The position numbers and the translations under genes are program-made. Shown piece after piece: positions 27,689 to 37,189 of a DNA stretch of 52,224 nt (positions within the stretch are counted from its first letter, which is position 1; the number at the start of each line of letters is the position of its first letter). Source of the stretch: Parcubacteria group bacterium (lineage in GTDB: Bacteria; Patescibacteriota; JABMPQ01); the NCBI GenBank assembly GCA_013202585.1, contig JABMPQ010000006.1, positions 1 through 52,224 on the forward strand, given 5' to 3'. The notes below the pieces were generated by a model that ran no database searches, was not told where the DNA came from, and was given only the letters and a program-made list of their open reading frames with translations.

Positions 27689-28690
27689 TCACGGGCTGTA
27701 GCGGAGAATTGTTCCTTTTTCTCCTACGACGAAGACATTTTTTGGACCGCTGCCCCAGATAGCCTCAAGATTAACCTTTGTGCCTGAATTCATCTTAGAC
27801 CAGGAGTTGCCGTCGTAGTGAATAATTCTTCCACTCAAACCCACGGCAAAGACGTTGTTCGTGCCGCTGCCCCAGAGGGCTTCAAGATAGGATTTAGTTG
27901 GGACGTTGTCCATTTTAGACCAGGATTTGCCGTTGTAGCGTGCAATGTATGTCTCATCACTGTATAGACCGGTCCCTACAACAAAGACATTGCTGGCGCT
28001 ATTCCCCCATACATCGTGTATGAAGCTGTATGCACCGGGCAAAGCTGTTTTGGTCCATACTTTGCCATTGTAGTGACTGAAGCAGCTGCTCCATGCAGCG
28101 AACATGTTGCTCGGGCTGCTTCCCCAGAGTGACTTGGCACTACAGGGTAGATCAGTGTTTAACTGACGACAGCGTTCACTATCGCAGCGGAAAGTAGTAT
28201 TGTTACTACCCACCGCGTAGACGCTAGACGAGTCGAATCCCCACAGAGAGTAAATGTCAATGAGAGCAAACGAAGACTTACTAACTAGTAATTCATCCCA
28301 AACTTTGCCGTTATAGTGTAGAACGTTAATGCCTTTGAATTGAATGTTACACTCGCCCGCGGCGAAAAAGTTTTTTGCGCTTGTCCCCCATAGTGTGTAT
28401 AGGGTATCACTAACACCTGATTTCATCTCGGACCAAGCTTTACCGTCGTAGTGTAGGATGGTACCGCTCTCACCAGCAGCGAAAACACTGTTTGGGCTGT
28501 CACCCCAAACAGCATATAGATCATTACTGGTACCCGATGTCATTTTGGACCACGTTATGGGCAGGGAATTGTTGCCACTATCGGGAGTAAAAGGCCCATC
28601 GCTACAACCCCATGTTGCCAGGGCGAAGAGGGTGTACAGTAGTATTAGGGGTAACATTGCGACTCGGTTGAATGTCAGCTTTTCCTGCAT
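27689..28690 (-). CDS. Beta-propeller repeat lipoprotein (WGS-x3-VFAVG repeats)
   Basis: About 7 repeats of L-x2-(L/V/I)WG-x4-VFxxG...HY(D/N)GxxW; hydrophobic signal ending ATWGC; AGGAG site before MQEK start. Confidence 0.8.
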   Translation of the reverse strand: MQEKLTFNRVAMLPLILLYTLFALATWGCSDGPFTPDSGNNSLPITWSKMTSGTSNDLYAVWGDSPNSVFAAGESGTILHYDGKAWSEMKSGVSDTLYTLWGTSAKNFFAAGECNIQFKGINVLHYNGKVWDELLVSKSSFALIDIYSLWGFDSSSVYAVGSNNTTFRCDSERCRQLNTDLPCSAKSLWGSSPSNMFAAWSSCFSHYNGKVWTKTALPGAYSFIHDVWGNSASNVFVVGTGLYSDETYIARYNGKSWSKMDNVPTKSYLEALWGSGTNNVFAVGLSGRIIHYDGNSWSKMNSGTKVNLEAIWGSGPKNVFVVGEKGTILRYSP

Positions 28691-29005
28691 AACTTTTCTC
28701 CTTTTTCTCATCGATTGGTTGGGTGTTCAGCAAAGCATGAATTAGTCAGCTCTACTGTTTGGTTGGATAAGGAACGAAATGATGCGTTAGGTTACTGTAC
28801 ATTATGGTATTAATGTTTATTAAAATAATCAATGGGTTATGCTTAATTTGTCGTTCTAAAGAGAAGTTTTTCCCCTTCTACAAAGGCTTCTGGGTCTGCC
28901 ATCGGGGCGGGGATCAGGAGTTTTTTTATTTGGTCGAATGAGTAAGTAATCAAAGATTCTTAATCTTTATTTCCCTCGCCTTTTTTATGCGCTATACTTG
29001 TTTAG

Positions 29006-30583
29006 ATGCCAAAGAAGAAACTCAAGACAAAAATAGAAATTAACCAGCAATTTAAGGCTGCGCTGGAAATCATGGAAGATACTGACTCCCACGCTTTTAT
29101 TACTGGTAAAGCGGGTACGGGCAAGTCGACTTTGCTAGAATATTTTCGCTCGCAGACTGAGAAAAATGTGGCCATCCTTGCTCCGACCGGTGTGGCAGCG
29201 CTAAATGTCAAAGGGCAGACAATCCATTCATTTTTTCAGTTTCCACCGCAGATCACCAAGGAAGAGATAAAAAAGCAGCGACTATCGACCAAGCGGCGAA
29301 AATTATACAAAGAGCTCGAGACGATCGTGATCGATGAGGTCTCGATGGTACGGGCAGACCTCTTAGACTATATTGATCAGGCGCTGCGCAAGTTTCGCAA
29401 CAAGAAAAAAGAACCCTTTGGCGGTGTGCAGATGATTTTTATTGGTGACTTGTATCAATTGCCGCCGGTGGTAGCGGGTCAAGAGGAGCGCGATCTTTTT
29501 ACTAATCATTATAAAAGCCCGTATTTTTTTAGTGCGGAGATATTTGCTGATTTGCCGATCGAGATGGTGGAGCTGGAAAAGATTTATCGACAAAAGGATC
29601 AGAAATTTATCAATCTGCTCAATAAAATTCGCAATAACTCAGTTGAGGAGAAGGATATGAAGATACTCAATGCGCGCTACCAGTCGGATTTTAAGCTGAC
29701 CGCTGATAGTCAGTACATTACTCTGACCCCGACCAATAAGGCTTCGGACGTTATCAATCGACACAAGTTAAATAAGCTCAAGACTAAGCAAAAATATTAT
29801 CAGGGCGCAGTTGATGGTAAATTTGGCGACAGTCATTTGCCGACGATGCTGGATCTCAAATTGAAGCAGGGCGCGCAGGTCATGATGCTCAACAATGACC
29901 CTGATGGCAACTGGGTCAATGGCAGTATTGGGACGATCGTTGGCATTGAGCCGGGTGATAAAGAAGAGCATGATATCTTAAAGGTAAAGTTGACCAGCGG
30001 GAAGATCGTGACGGTGGAGCGGCATACCTGGAATGTGTATGAGTATTTTTTTGATGTTAAGAAGGGGGCGCTGGATGTGCGGACGCTCGGTTCTTTCATA
30101 CAGTATCCGCTGCGTTTGGCTTGGTCGGTGACGATCCACAAGAGCCAGGGGAAGACATTTGATAAAGTGATAATAGATATCGGGCGGGGGACGTTTGCGC
30201 ACGGGCAGACTTACGTGGCGCTGAGTCGTTGTCGGAGCTTGGAGGGGATAGTGCTCAAGAAGCCGATTTTAAAAAACCATATCTGGATGGACTGGAAGAT
30301 TGTGCGGTTTCTGACGCAATTTCAATACGACCGGTCGGAAGAAGGGATGTCGTTGGCTGATAAGGTGAGTTTTATTGATAAGGTGATTGGGAAAAAGGCG
30401 ACGCTGAAGATGACCTACTTGCGTGCCAATGATATCAAATCCCAGCGCGTCATCGAGCCTTATAAGGTGGGGGAGATGGAGTATCAGGGTAAGTCATATA
30501 TGGGCATGAAGGCGCATTGCCAGAAGCGGGGAGAGGACAGAACTTTCCGCGTCGATCGGATCTTGGAGATGGAGAAGGGGTAG
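29006..30583 (+). CDS. PIF1/RecD-like SF1B helicase with C-terminal WYL-like domain
   Basis: GKAGTGKS, APTGVAA, IDEVSMV, GDLYQLPP, TIHKSQG, YVALSR; C-terminal Y...R-x-IEPY...C...RTFRVDRI. Confidence 0.88.
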   Translation: MPKKKLKTKIEINQQFKAALEIMEDTDSHAFITGKAGTGKSTLLEYFRSQTEKNVAILAPTGVAALNVKGQTIHSFFQFPPQITKEEIKKQRLSTKRRKLYKELETIVIDEVSMVRADLLDYIDQALRKFRNKKKEPFGGVQMIFIGDLYQLPPVVAGQEERDLFTNHYKSPYFFSAEIFADLPIEMVELEKIYRQKDQKFINLLNKIRNNSVEEKDMKILNARYQSDFKLTADSQYITLTPTNKASDVINRHKLNKLKTKQKYYQGAVDGKFGDSHLPTMLDLKLKQGAQVMMLNNDPDGNWVNGSIGTIVGIEPGDKEEHDILKVKLTSGKIVTVERHTWNVYEYFFDVKKGALDVRTLGSFIQYPLRLAWSVTIHKSQGKTFDKVIIDIGRGTFAHGQTYVALSRCRSLEGIVLKKPILKNHIWMDWKIVRFLTQFQYDRSEEGMSLADKVSFIDKVIGKKATLKMTYLRANDIKSQRVIEPYKVGEMEYQGKSYMGMKAHCQKRGEDRTFRVDRILEMEKG

Positions 30584-30648
30584 TGGACAAATTGATGATG
30601 ACGCGGGGATATTATGGTGATTGAGGGTAGCATTATTGGTGCTATAAT
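30583..30648 (+). promoter_or_regulatory. Repeated 66-bp promoter-bearing element, copy 2
   Basis: 51/66 identity with 7926-7991; followed by TGTAGT-N5-ACTACA inverted repeat (30648-30664). Confidence 0.7.
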
Positions 30649-30700
30649 GTAGTTGCGCACTACAATTTATTTTGAAAAATTAGAAATAATTTAATTTTCT

Positions 30701-31239
30701 ATGCCTCAGCAGAAAAATAAATCAGAACAAAACAAAAAAATCGTGCTTTTCCAAAGCCGAAAAATTCGGCGATCTTGGCATAAAAACGAGTGGTATTACT
30801 CACTGGTTGATATTGTAGCGGCACTGACAGAAAGCACCAACCCAACGGATTATTTAAAAAAGCTTCGTAAAAGAGATGAGGAGCTGGGATCCTACCTAGG
30901 GACAAATTGTCCCCAGGTAGAAATGTTGACCGGTACAGAGAAAAAAAGAAAAACACTGGCTGGGAATATAAAAAATATTTTTAGAATTATCCAATCAATC
31001 CCTAGTCAGAAAGCTGAACCGTTTAAACAATGCTAGGCGAAAAGGTAACCACCGAAATTTCTAAAAAAGAAAAGCCAAAAAAGATGCCGGCTAATAAAAA
31101 AGTTGCCAGGCGTGGTGGCGGAGTGGCGGGGAAAGCCCGAAAAGAGACAGAAAAGGAGATAGGGCGAAGTGTGATCTCGGAGGAGAATTTTTTAGGGAGC
31201 GATGATGAGGTAAAAGAATTGAGGTCTTCTCAAGATTAA
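30701..31239 (+). pseudogene. Bro-N family gene with internal deletion and frameshift
   Basis: Two fragments match the N- and C-terminal parts of the intact paralogue at 41761-42645 (RIIQSIPSxKAEPFK; GGGVAxxARK); about 107 codons missing. Confidence 0.85.
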
Positions 31240-31287
31240 GATTAATTATAAGCTGATCCGATAGTTGTGGTTTGCGCGGATGAGCCC

Positions 31288-31316
31288 TAAAAGCCTTTAA
31301 ACAAGGGCTTTTTTTG
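31288..31316 (+). terminator. Intrinsic terminator
   Basis: AAAAGCCTTT-aaac-AAGGGCTTTT followed by a T-run. Confidence 0.65.
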
Positions 31317-31375
31317 TTTTAGGCAGTTGACTGAAGGGCGCGCAAAGTGTAGTATTAGGGGGAATATAAAAAAGT

Positions 31376-33187
31376 ATGCCGAAGTTAAAAGATATTCCAA
31401 GAGTTGATAGGCCGAGGGAGAGGTTTCTAGAGAAAGGCTCCGATGCGCTGTCTAAAAGCGAGCTTTTGGCTATTTTGATTGGCAGTGGAGTTAAGGGAAA
31501 GAATGTAAAACAGCTTTCTAAGCAAATCGTAAGAAAATTTGGAAATAAGTTTTTGGATATAACAGTTGATGATCTTTTAAAAATTTCCGGGATTGGCAAG
31601 GCTAAAGCTTTGCAGATTGTTTCTGCTCTAGCATTAGTCAAAAGATTTTATGAAGAACTGGAACCAAAAGATAACATTGTTTTGTCTGCGCAAGATGCTG
31701 TTTCTCTAACTTCTGAAATTAGAAATAAAAAGAAAGAATATCTGGTGTGTCTTTATCTTAATGCAAGAAATACTCTACTAAAAAAAGAGATTATTTCTAT
31801 TGGTATCCTAGATAAAAGTATAATCCACCCGCGAGAAATTTTTGGTCCGGCTGTTGAATTGAGAGCAGCGGGAGTTGTTTTGCTTCACAACCATCCTTCT
31901 GGCGATGTAGAGCCGAGCAAACAGGATATGGAGGTGGTAAATAAGATTATTGAGGCTGGGAAAATAATGGGGGTAAATGTTATCGACTTTATTATTGTTA
32001 GTAAAACAGATATTTACAGTATTTTCGCAGACTCACAAACAGCAAGAAAGAAATTGACTTATATTTCTGACGGTATGCAAAATTCTCTTTTTGATCTTTT
32101 GGAGATTGGGCAACCTATTTATAGCCCAACAATCAAGAAAATACACAAGATATATTTTTCTCCAAATAAGCGAGTCACACCAGGCCGCTTTCAGTTACAA
32201 AACAGACGGTTTTTAGGCAATAAATATAAGCTACTTGGTTTTATTGAGGATATAGTGAATGAAAAATGTGATGATTTTAATGTATTTTGCGATATTTTCG
32301 CTGGCACAGGTGTTGTGGGGGAAAGATTTAACGAAAAAGATATTAAGGTGATCGCAAATGACTTTCTCACAAGCAACTACATCCCATTGAAAGCTTTCCT
32401 GGGTACTGTTACAGTCGATTTTGAAGAAATAGAAAAGAAGATAGATGCACTTAATAACTTAGAGGCACACAAGGATAATTACTTTTCTAAGCATTTTGGC
32501 GACACGTATTTTACTTTAGAGAATGCTCGCAGAATCGGAGCCATTAGAGAGAAGATTGATAAAATTACAAATAATGAAAATGAAAAAGCGATTCTGATTA
32601 CATCACTTCTTTGTGCTACCGATAAAGTTGCAAACACAGTAGGTCACTATGATGCTTACAGAAAAAAACTAGACACTGTTAAGCCGTTGCGACTCTTAGT
32701 TCCGGATTTTGAACCGGAAAATAATGTGAATAATGAGATATATAAAGAAGATGCAAACCAGCTCATTAGAAAAATCAGCTGTGATGTTTTATACATAGAT
32801 CCTCCCTACAATTCACGCCAGTATTCAGACGCCTACCATCTTCTAGAAAATCTGGCTACTTGGAAAAAGCCGCTGGTGCATGGTAAAGCAAAAAAAATGA
32901 ATCGCTCGCACATTAAAAGTAATTATTGTTTACAGTCTGCATCAAAAGCATTCGCTGATTTAATCTCAAATGCTAATTGCAAACATATTTTGCTTTCATA
33001 TAATAATACTGGTGAATCCAAAGATGGAAGATCAAATGCTCGAATCAACGATAAGCAAATCATCGATATATTAAAATCTCGTGGCGAAGTAGATATTTTT
33101 GAACGAGATTACAAAGCATTTACTACAGGAAAAAGTGATACTGCTGGACACATAGAGCGGGTTTTTTATTGTAAAGTTACGAAATAA
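31376..33187 (+). CDS. radC: RadC (JAB) domain fused to N6-adenine DNA methyltransferase (D12 class)
   Basis: RPRERFL, LSKSELLAILI, HPREIF, HNHPSG; then RFLGNKYKL, DIFAGTG, YIDPPYN in one ORF. Confidence 0.88.
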   Translation: MPKLKDIPRVDRPRERFLEKGSDALSKSELLAILIGSGVKGKNVKQLSKQIVRKFGNKFLDITVDDLLKISGIGKAKALQIVSALALVKRFYEELEPKDNIVLSAQDAVSLTSEIRNKKKEYLVCLYLNARNTLLKKEIISIGILDKSIIHPREIFGPAVELRAAGVVLLHNHPSGDVEPSKQDMEVVNKIIEAGKIMGVNVIDFIIVSKTDIYSIFADSQTARKKLTYISDGMQNSLFDLLEIGQPIYSPTIKKIHKIYFSPNKRVTPGRFQLQNRRFLGNKYKLLGFIEDIVNEKCDDFNVFCDIFAGTGVVGERFNEKDIKVIANDFLTSNYIPLKAFLGTVTVDFEEIEKKIDALNNLEAHKDNYFSKHFGDTYFTLENARRIGAIREKIDKITNNENEKAILITSLLCATDKVANTVGHYDAYRKKLDTVKPLRLLVPDFEPENNVNNEIYKEDANQLIRKISCDVLYIDPPYNSRQYSDAYHLLENLATWKKPLVHGKAKKMNRSHIKSNYCLQSASKAFADLISNANCKHILLSYNNTGESKDGRSNARINDKQIIDILKSRGEVDIFERDYKAFTTGKSDTAGHIERVFYCKVTK

Positions 33188-33189
33188 TT

Positions 33190-35007
33190 ATGAGAAAAGC
33201 TTGGTCAATTACAACGACACTACGAAATCCCGAGAGATTGAGAAGTTTCTTGGTTGTTTTACAACAGCTTGAAAATTTAGAATGGAACTTAGAAAGTCAA
33301 AAGAAATACCAAATACTTTTAATTCAAAGCAGAACCTATGGGTATGGGAGTAACCAGTTTTATGACGGACTTTCTCAAAATCAAATTAATTTAATTGATG
33401 ATACGTCGAAAGAAATTTCTCTAAAAGAAGCGGAGAGAATTTTCAATGCAAAAAATTATGAAGATCCTGCGATGCGTGGCCGGCAGTCCCTAAACCCACT
33501 TAAGAAAATGGGACTGGTATCAGTAAAGGATGGTAAAGTAGTCATTACGGCGCTGGGAAAGTTACTTTTGAAAGATGATTTTGATTTTGGAGAAATATTT
33601 TTCAGAAGTTTTTTGAAATGGCAAATTCCAAATCCAGATAGCAGTGATTATAAACTCGAAGATGGTTATAACATTAAACCATTTATTGGAGTTTTACATT
33701 TAATCGATGAGGTAAATAAAAAATCTTTAGGTTTGGGAGAAAAAGTAAAAGGAATAAGCAAACAAGAATTTTCTCTTTTTTGTCCAACTCTCATAAACTT
33801 TAAAGATATTGAATTGTATGCTGAAAAAATAGTCAATCTTAGAAAGAAAATAAAAGGAGAAAGAAAACAAGAACAAAAAATAATTTTTGATAACTATAAA
33901 AAAGATTTTGTTCAAGAATTTCTTGGTACATCAAATCGGGAAGAAATCAACGGGTTTTTACAAAATTTGAAAGACTATGGTGATAATGCGATTCGGTATT
34001 TTCGCCTGACGCGATACATTCATATCCGTGGTGGTGGTTTTTATATTGATTTAGAGCCAAGAAGATCGGTTGAAATTGAATCTTTGCTTGGTTTTGATAA
34101 TGCACAATCGAGATCTTTTGAATCAAAAGAAGAGTATTTGAATTATATTTCTGATATTTCAAAACCCCAGCTTCCCTGGGAGACAAAAGAAAAATACATT
34201 GAGATCATTGAAAAACTTATTAATGAAATAAGAGCGGACGAAACTGCTTCGGAAAAAGAAAGCACAGAGATTGAGGACTATCAAGAAATGCAGAATAACG
34301 AATTGAAAAACTACATCGCAAAATTGAGAGCATATAGAAGATCATTACAAGATGAAGAAAATCACAAAAAATCTCAAAATACAGCGCAGATCAAATCTTA
34401 TATCAAAGATCTCGAAAACATTTTTGATTTTGATGATCGTCCAATATTGCTTGAAAAATTATCTACCTTTGGCTTACATGCCCTTAATGATGCATTAAAA
34501 ATACAACCAAACTATCCTGTTGGAGATGATAACGAACCAACTTTTACCGCTCCTGCGAATACTCCAGATATTGAGTGCTTTTATGAAAATTTTAATGCTA
34601 TTTGTGAAGTTACAATGTTGAAAGGTCGAGATCAGTGGTACAACGAGGGGCAACCAGTCATGAGACATCTGAGAGACTTTGAAGACAAGCATCCGGATAA
34701 GACATCTTATTGTTTGTTTATAGCTCCCACACTTCACCGTGATACAATCAATACTTTTTGGGCAGCAATAAAATATGAATACGAAGGGAAACCGCAAAAG
34801 ATTGTACCATTGTCAATAAAACACTTTGTTTCAATTTTGAAAATCCTAGTTCAGATTAAAACAGAAAATAAATTTTTGAAACATAGCGAAATTTCTCGAT
34901 TGTATGATGAAATCTTGAATTCTTCAAATTCTTTTGACGATTCAAGTGGGTGGTTACAAAATATTCCTGGCGTTATTTCCTCCTGGCAAGAAAGCCTTAG
35001 TTTTTAA
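33190..35007 (+). CDS. AlwI-family type IIS restriction endonuclease
   Basis: WSITTTLRNPER N-terminus; PDIE...EVTM...Q...EGQPVMRH catalytic region; flanked by two methyltransferases. Confidence 0.8.
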   Translation: MRKAWSITTTLRNPERLRSFLVVLQQLENLEWNLESQKKYQILLIQSRTYGYGSNQFYDGLSQNQINLIDDTSKEISLKEAERIFNAKNYEDPAMRGRQSLNPLKKMGLVSVKDGKVVITALGKLLLKDDFDFGEIFFRSFLKWQIPNPDSSDYKLEDGYNIKPFIGVLHLIDEVNKKSLGLGEKVKGISKQEFSLFCPTLINFKDIELYAEKIVNLRKKIKGERKQEQKIIFDNYKKDFVQEFLGTSNREEINGFLQNLKDYGDNAIRYFRLTRYIHIRGGGFYIDLEPRRSVEIESLLGFDNAQSRSFESKEEYLNYISDISKPQLPWETKEKYIEIIEKLINEIRADETASEKESTEIEDYQEMQNNELKNYIAKLRAYRRSLQDEENHKKSQNTAQIKSYIKDLENIFDFDDRPILLEKLSTFGLHALNDALKIQPNYPVGDDNEPTFTAPANTPDIECFYENFNAICEVTMLKGRDQWYNEGQPVMRHLRDFEDKHPDKTSYCLFIAPTLHRDTINTFWAAIKYEYEGKPQKIVPLSIKHFVSILKILVQIKTENKFLKHSEISRLYDEILNSSNSFDDSSGWLQNIPGVISSWQESLSF

Positions 35008-35016
35008 ATAAAAAAT

Positions 35017-35787
35017 ATGAAAAAAAATATTATTTATAACGGAGATTGCATAAAAATACTCAACGCAAAAATTGATAAAAATTCTATTAATCTTATTTTT
35101 GCCGACCCTCCCTACAACCTTTCAGGTAACGGCTTGAAATGGAAGGGTAATAAAACAGGAGGTGATTGGTATATGGTCAATGAAAAATGGGACAAGATGA
35201 CTGCTCCAGAGTATATGCAGTTTACGCGGAAATGGATTGGTGGATGTCATAGAGTGTTAAAAGACAATGGGGCGATTTATATTTCCTGTACTTATCATAA
35301 TCTTGCCGAGGTCATGATTGTACTTAAACAACTTGATTTCAAGATAAATAATGTTATCGTCTGGCAAAAAACAAATGCCATGCCGAATATGACGAAAAGA
35401 GTTTTTACGCATTCAACGGAATTTGTTGTTTGGGCTGTTAAGGGTAAAAAATGGATTTTCAATTATGAGGAGCTGAAAAATATAAATCCAGAAAAGCAAA
35501 AAGACGGCTCACTCAAACAAATGCGAGATGTCTGGGCAATGCCTTTGGTGCAAGGAAAAGAAAGATTACATGGTAGAAATGGGCGTGCTTTACACCCAAC
35601 GCAGAAGCCGGAAGAAATGCTCAAGAGAATTATTATTGCTTCGTCTAACAAGGGGGGGTTAGTTTTGGACCCATTTCTAGGGAGCGGCACAACGACTGTC
35701 GTTGCAAAAAAGTTAGGCAGAAATTGGATTGGAATTGAGAAAAGCAAGAAATATGTTGAGATGGCTAAGAAGCGGGTAGGAGGTTGA
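35017..35787 (+). CDS. Beta-class N4/N6 DNA methyltransferase
   Basis: IFADPPYN, HPTQKP, LDPFLGSGTT. Confidence 0.92.
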   Translation: MKKNIIYNGDCIKILNAKIDKNSINLIFADPPYNLSGNGLKWKGNKTGGDWYMVNEKWDKMTAPEYMQFTRKWIGGCHRVLKDNGAIYISCTYHNLAEVMIVLKQLDFKINNVIVWQKTNAMPNMTKRVFTHSTEFVVWAVKGKKWIFNYEELKNINPEKQKDGSLKQMRDVWAMPLVQGKERLHGRNGRALHPTQKPEEMLKRIIIASSNKGGLVLDPFLGSGTTTVVAKKLGRNWIGIEKSKKYVEMAKKRVGG

Positions 35788-35860
35788 TTGAGGTTTTTTA
35801 AAGGAGAATTAGAGAGGGAGTAGTTATTATAAAAATGAGTACAAAAGAAAAAGTAAATGA

Positions 35861-37189
35861 ATGAATAGCGATCAAGACATTATTCAATCTTTGAGCATAA
35901 TAGAATCAGCCAAGTTTGAATGCTTGATAAACTTTTTGTTATATCAGGGAGCTTTCCAGAATATATTAGATATTAAAACTCTTATTGATTCTCCTGGGAT
36001 TAATATGGAAGAAAGTAGTACCAGAAAGTCTCCTTCTTTCACTGATGCAGAAATAAAATCTCTCGGCATATACCTTGAACATAGCACAAATAAAAATTGG
36101 CAGAGTAAATTAAAAGAAGATGTCAAAAAAAATAAAGGAAAAAAAATAAAAACTTTTGTTTTTGCCTCTAATCGTGAATTAGGTGATAAAAATATAAAGA
36201 TTAATGGTGTCAGTGTTCCCGCGGACGAATATTGCAAAAAAGAATTAGAGTGTGAAAAAGCTTTTATTATTGGTCGAGATAATTTACTTTTTCCCTTAAC
36301 TGACCCTAAATTTTTTCACATAAGAAGAAATTATCTAAATATGAAAGATGATTTGCTTGTAAATTATGAAAGGTATCAAGAAATTTTACGGGAAGGGGAG
36401 TTTTCTATGGATGATCAGAGGATAATTTCAAGTGATATAGATGAATTAAAATCTGATATTTTTAGTAATAACTCGAAACATTTATTAGTATACTGCATAA
36501 ATTGCAATTTTATTTTGCATTTAATGGGGATGGTCGCTCAAAAAAATTTTGAGGAGCAAAAAACAAACAAGATACTCCAAAAAGATTTTGCATTTATCAG
36601 ATGGCCTTCTCCAGGCATTGATTTAAACAATTATTTACATGAAATTAAGGATGTCCCCGATAACTATACCGTCGTATGGAATGCTCATATAGTGATAAAA
36701 AATTTGTTTGATTATTTAAAGCTTAAAACTAGTAATAATAAATTAGTTTTTGTTACTGACGAGAATAACAAGGATGAGATTATAAACTTTTTCAGAGAAA
36801 ATAATTTACCTTTTGGTTCTATTTGTTTTACAAAAAAACTTGTGGATGTTAAAAAAATTAGCCTGACTGATCATAAAAATCAAATAAGCAGTATTTTTGT
36901 AGAATTAGAGCGAGCAGTATTGGGGTTAGAAGCTTTAATTTATTCTTTCTCTCCTTTTTATGAAGATAATATAGATTTCAGAAAACGTGTAATAAAATAT
37001 TTAGGGATAACCAAATTAGAAGAAAAGTTTATTATTCATAAATTACTAAAAAGTAAAATATTATATAGAACAGGTAATATTTTGTGGTTAAAAAATGCAA
37101 ACACTGGTAAGCAAATATTAAAGAGTTTAATTGATGATGATGTGTTTAAAATAGAGGAGTTGGTTAAATTAAAGAAACATGAAGAATAA
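35861..37189 (+). CDS. Hypothetical protein with possible N-terminal PD-(D/E)XK-like nuclease domain
   Basis: FECL...TDAE...LEHST...SKLKED resembles Mrr-like N-termini; very AT-rich. Confidence 0.5.
   Translation: MNSDQDIIQSLSIIESAKFECLINFLLYQGAFQNILDIKTLIDSPGINMEESSTRKSPSFTDAEIKSLGIYLEHSTNKNWQSKLKEDVKKNKGKKIKTFVFASNRELGDKNIKINGVSVPADEYCKKELECEKAFIIGRDNLLFPLTDPKFFHIRRNYLNMKDDLLVNYERYQEILREGEFSMDDQRIISSDIDELKSDIFSNNSKHLLVYCINCNFILHLMGMVAQKNFEEQKTNKILQKDFAFIRWPSPGIDLNNYLHEIKDVPDNYTVVWNAHIVIKNLFDYLKLKTSNNKLVFVTDENNKDEIINFFRENNLPFGSICFTKKLVDVKKISLTDHKNQISSIFVELERAVLGLEALIYSFSPFYEDNIDFRKRVIKYLGITKLEEKFIIHKLLKSKILYRTGNILWLKNANTGKQILKSLIDDDVFKIEELVKLKKHEE

Noticed and set aside
28872-28930. GC-rich hairpin with T-run upstream of the helicase as a possible small RNA or riboswitch
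   Set aside because: No recognisable aptamer; only a terminator-like stem.
33190-35007. Assigning a recognition sequence such as GGATC or GAGTC
   Set aside because: Family resemblance does not fix specificity, and site depletion cannot be computed here.
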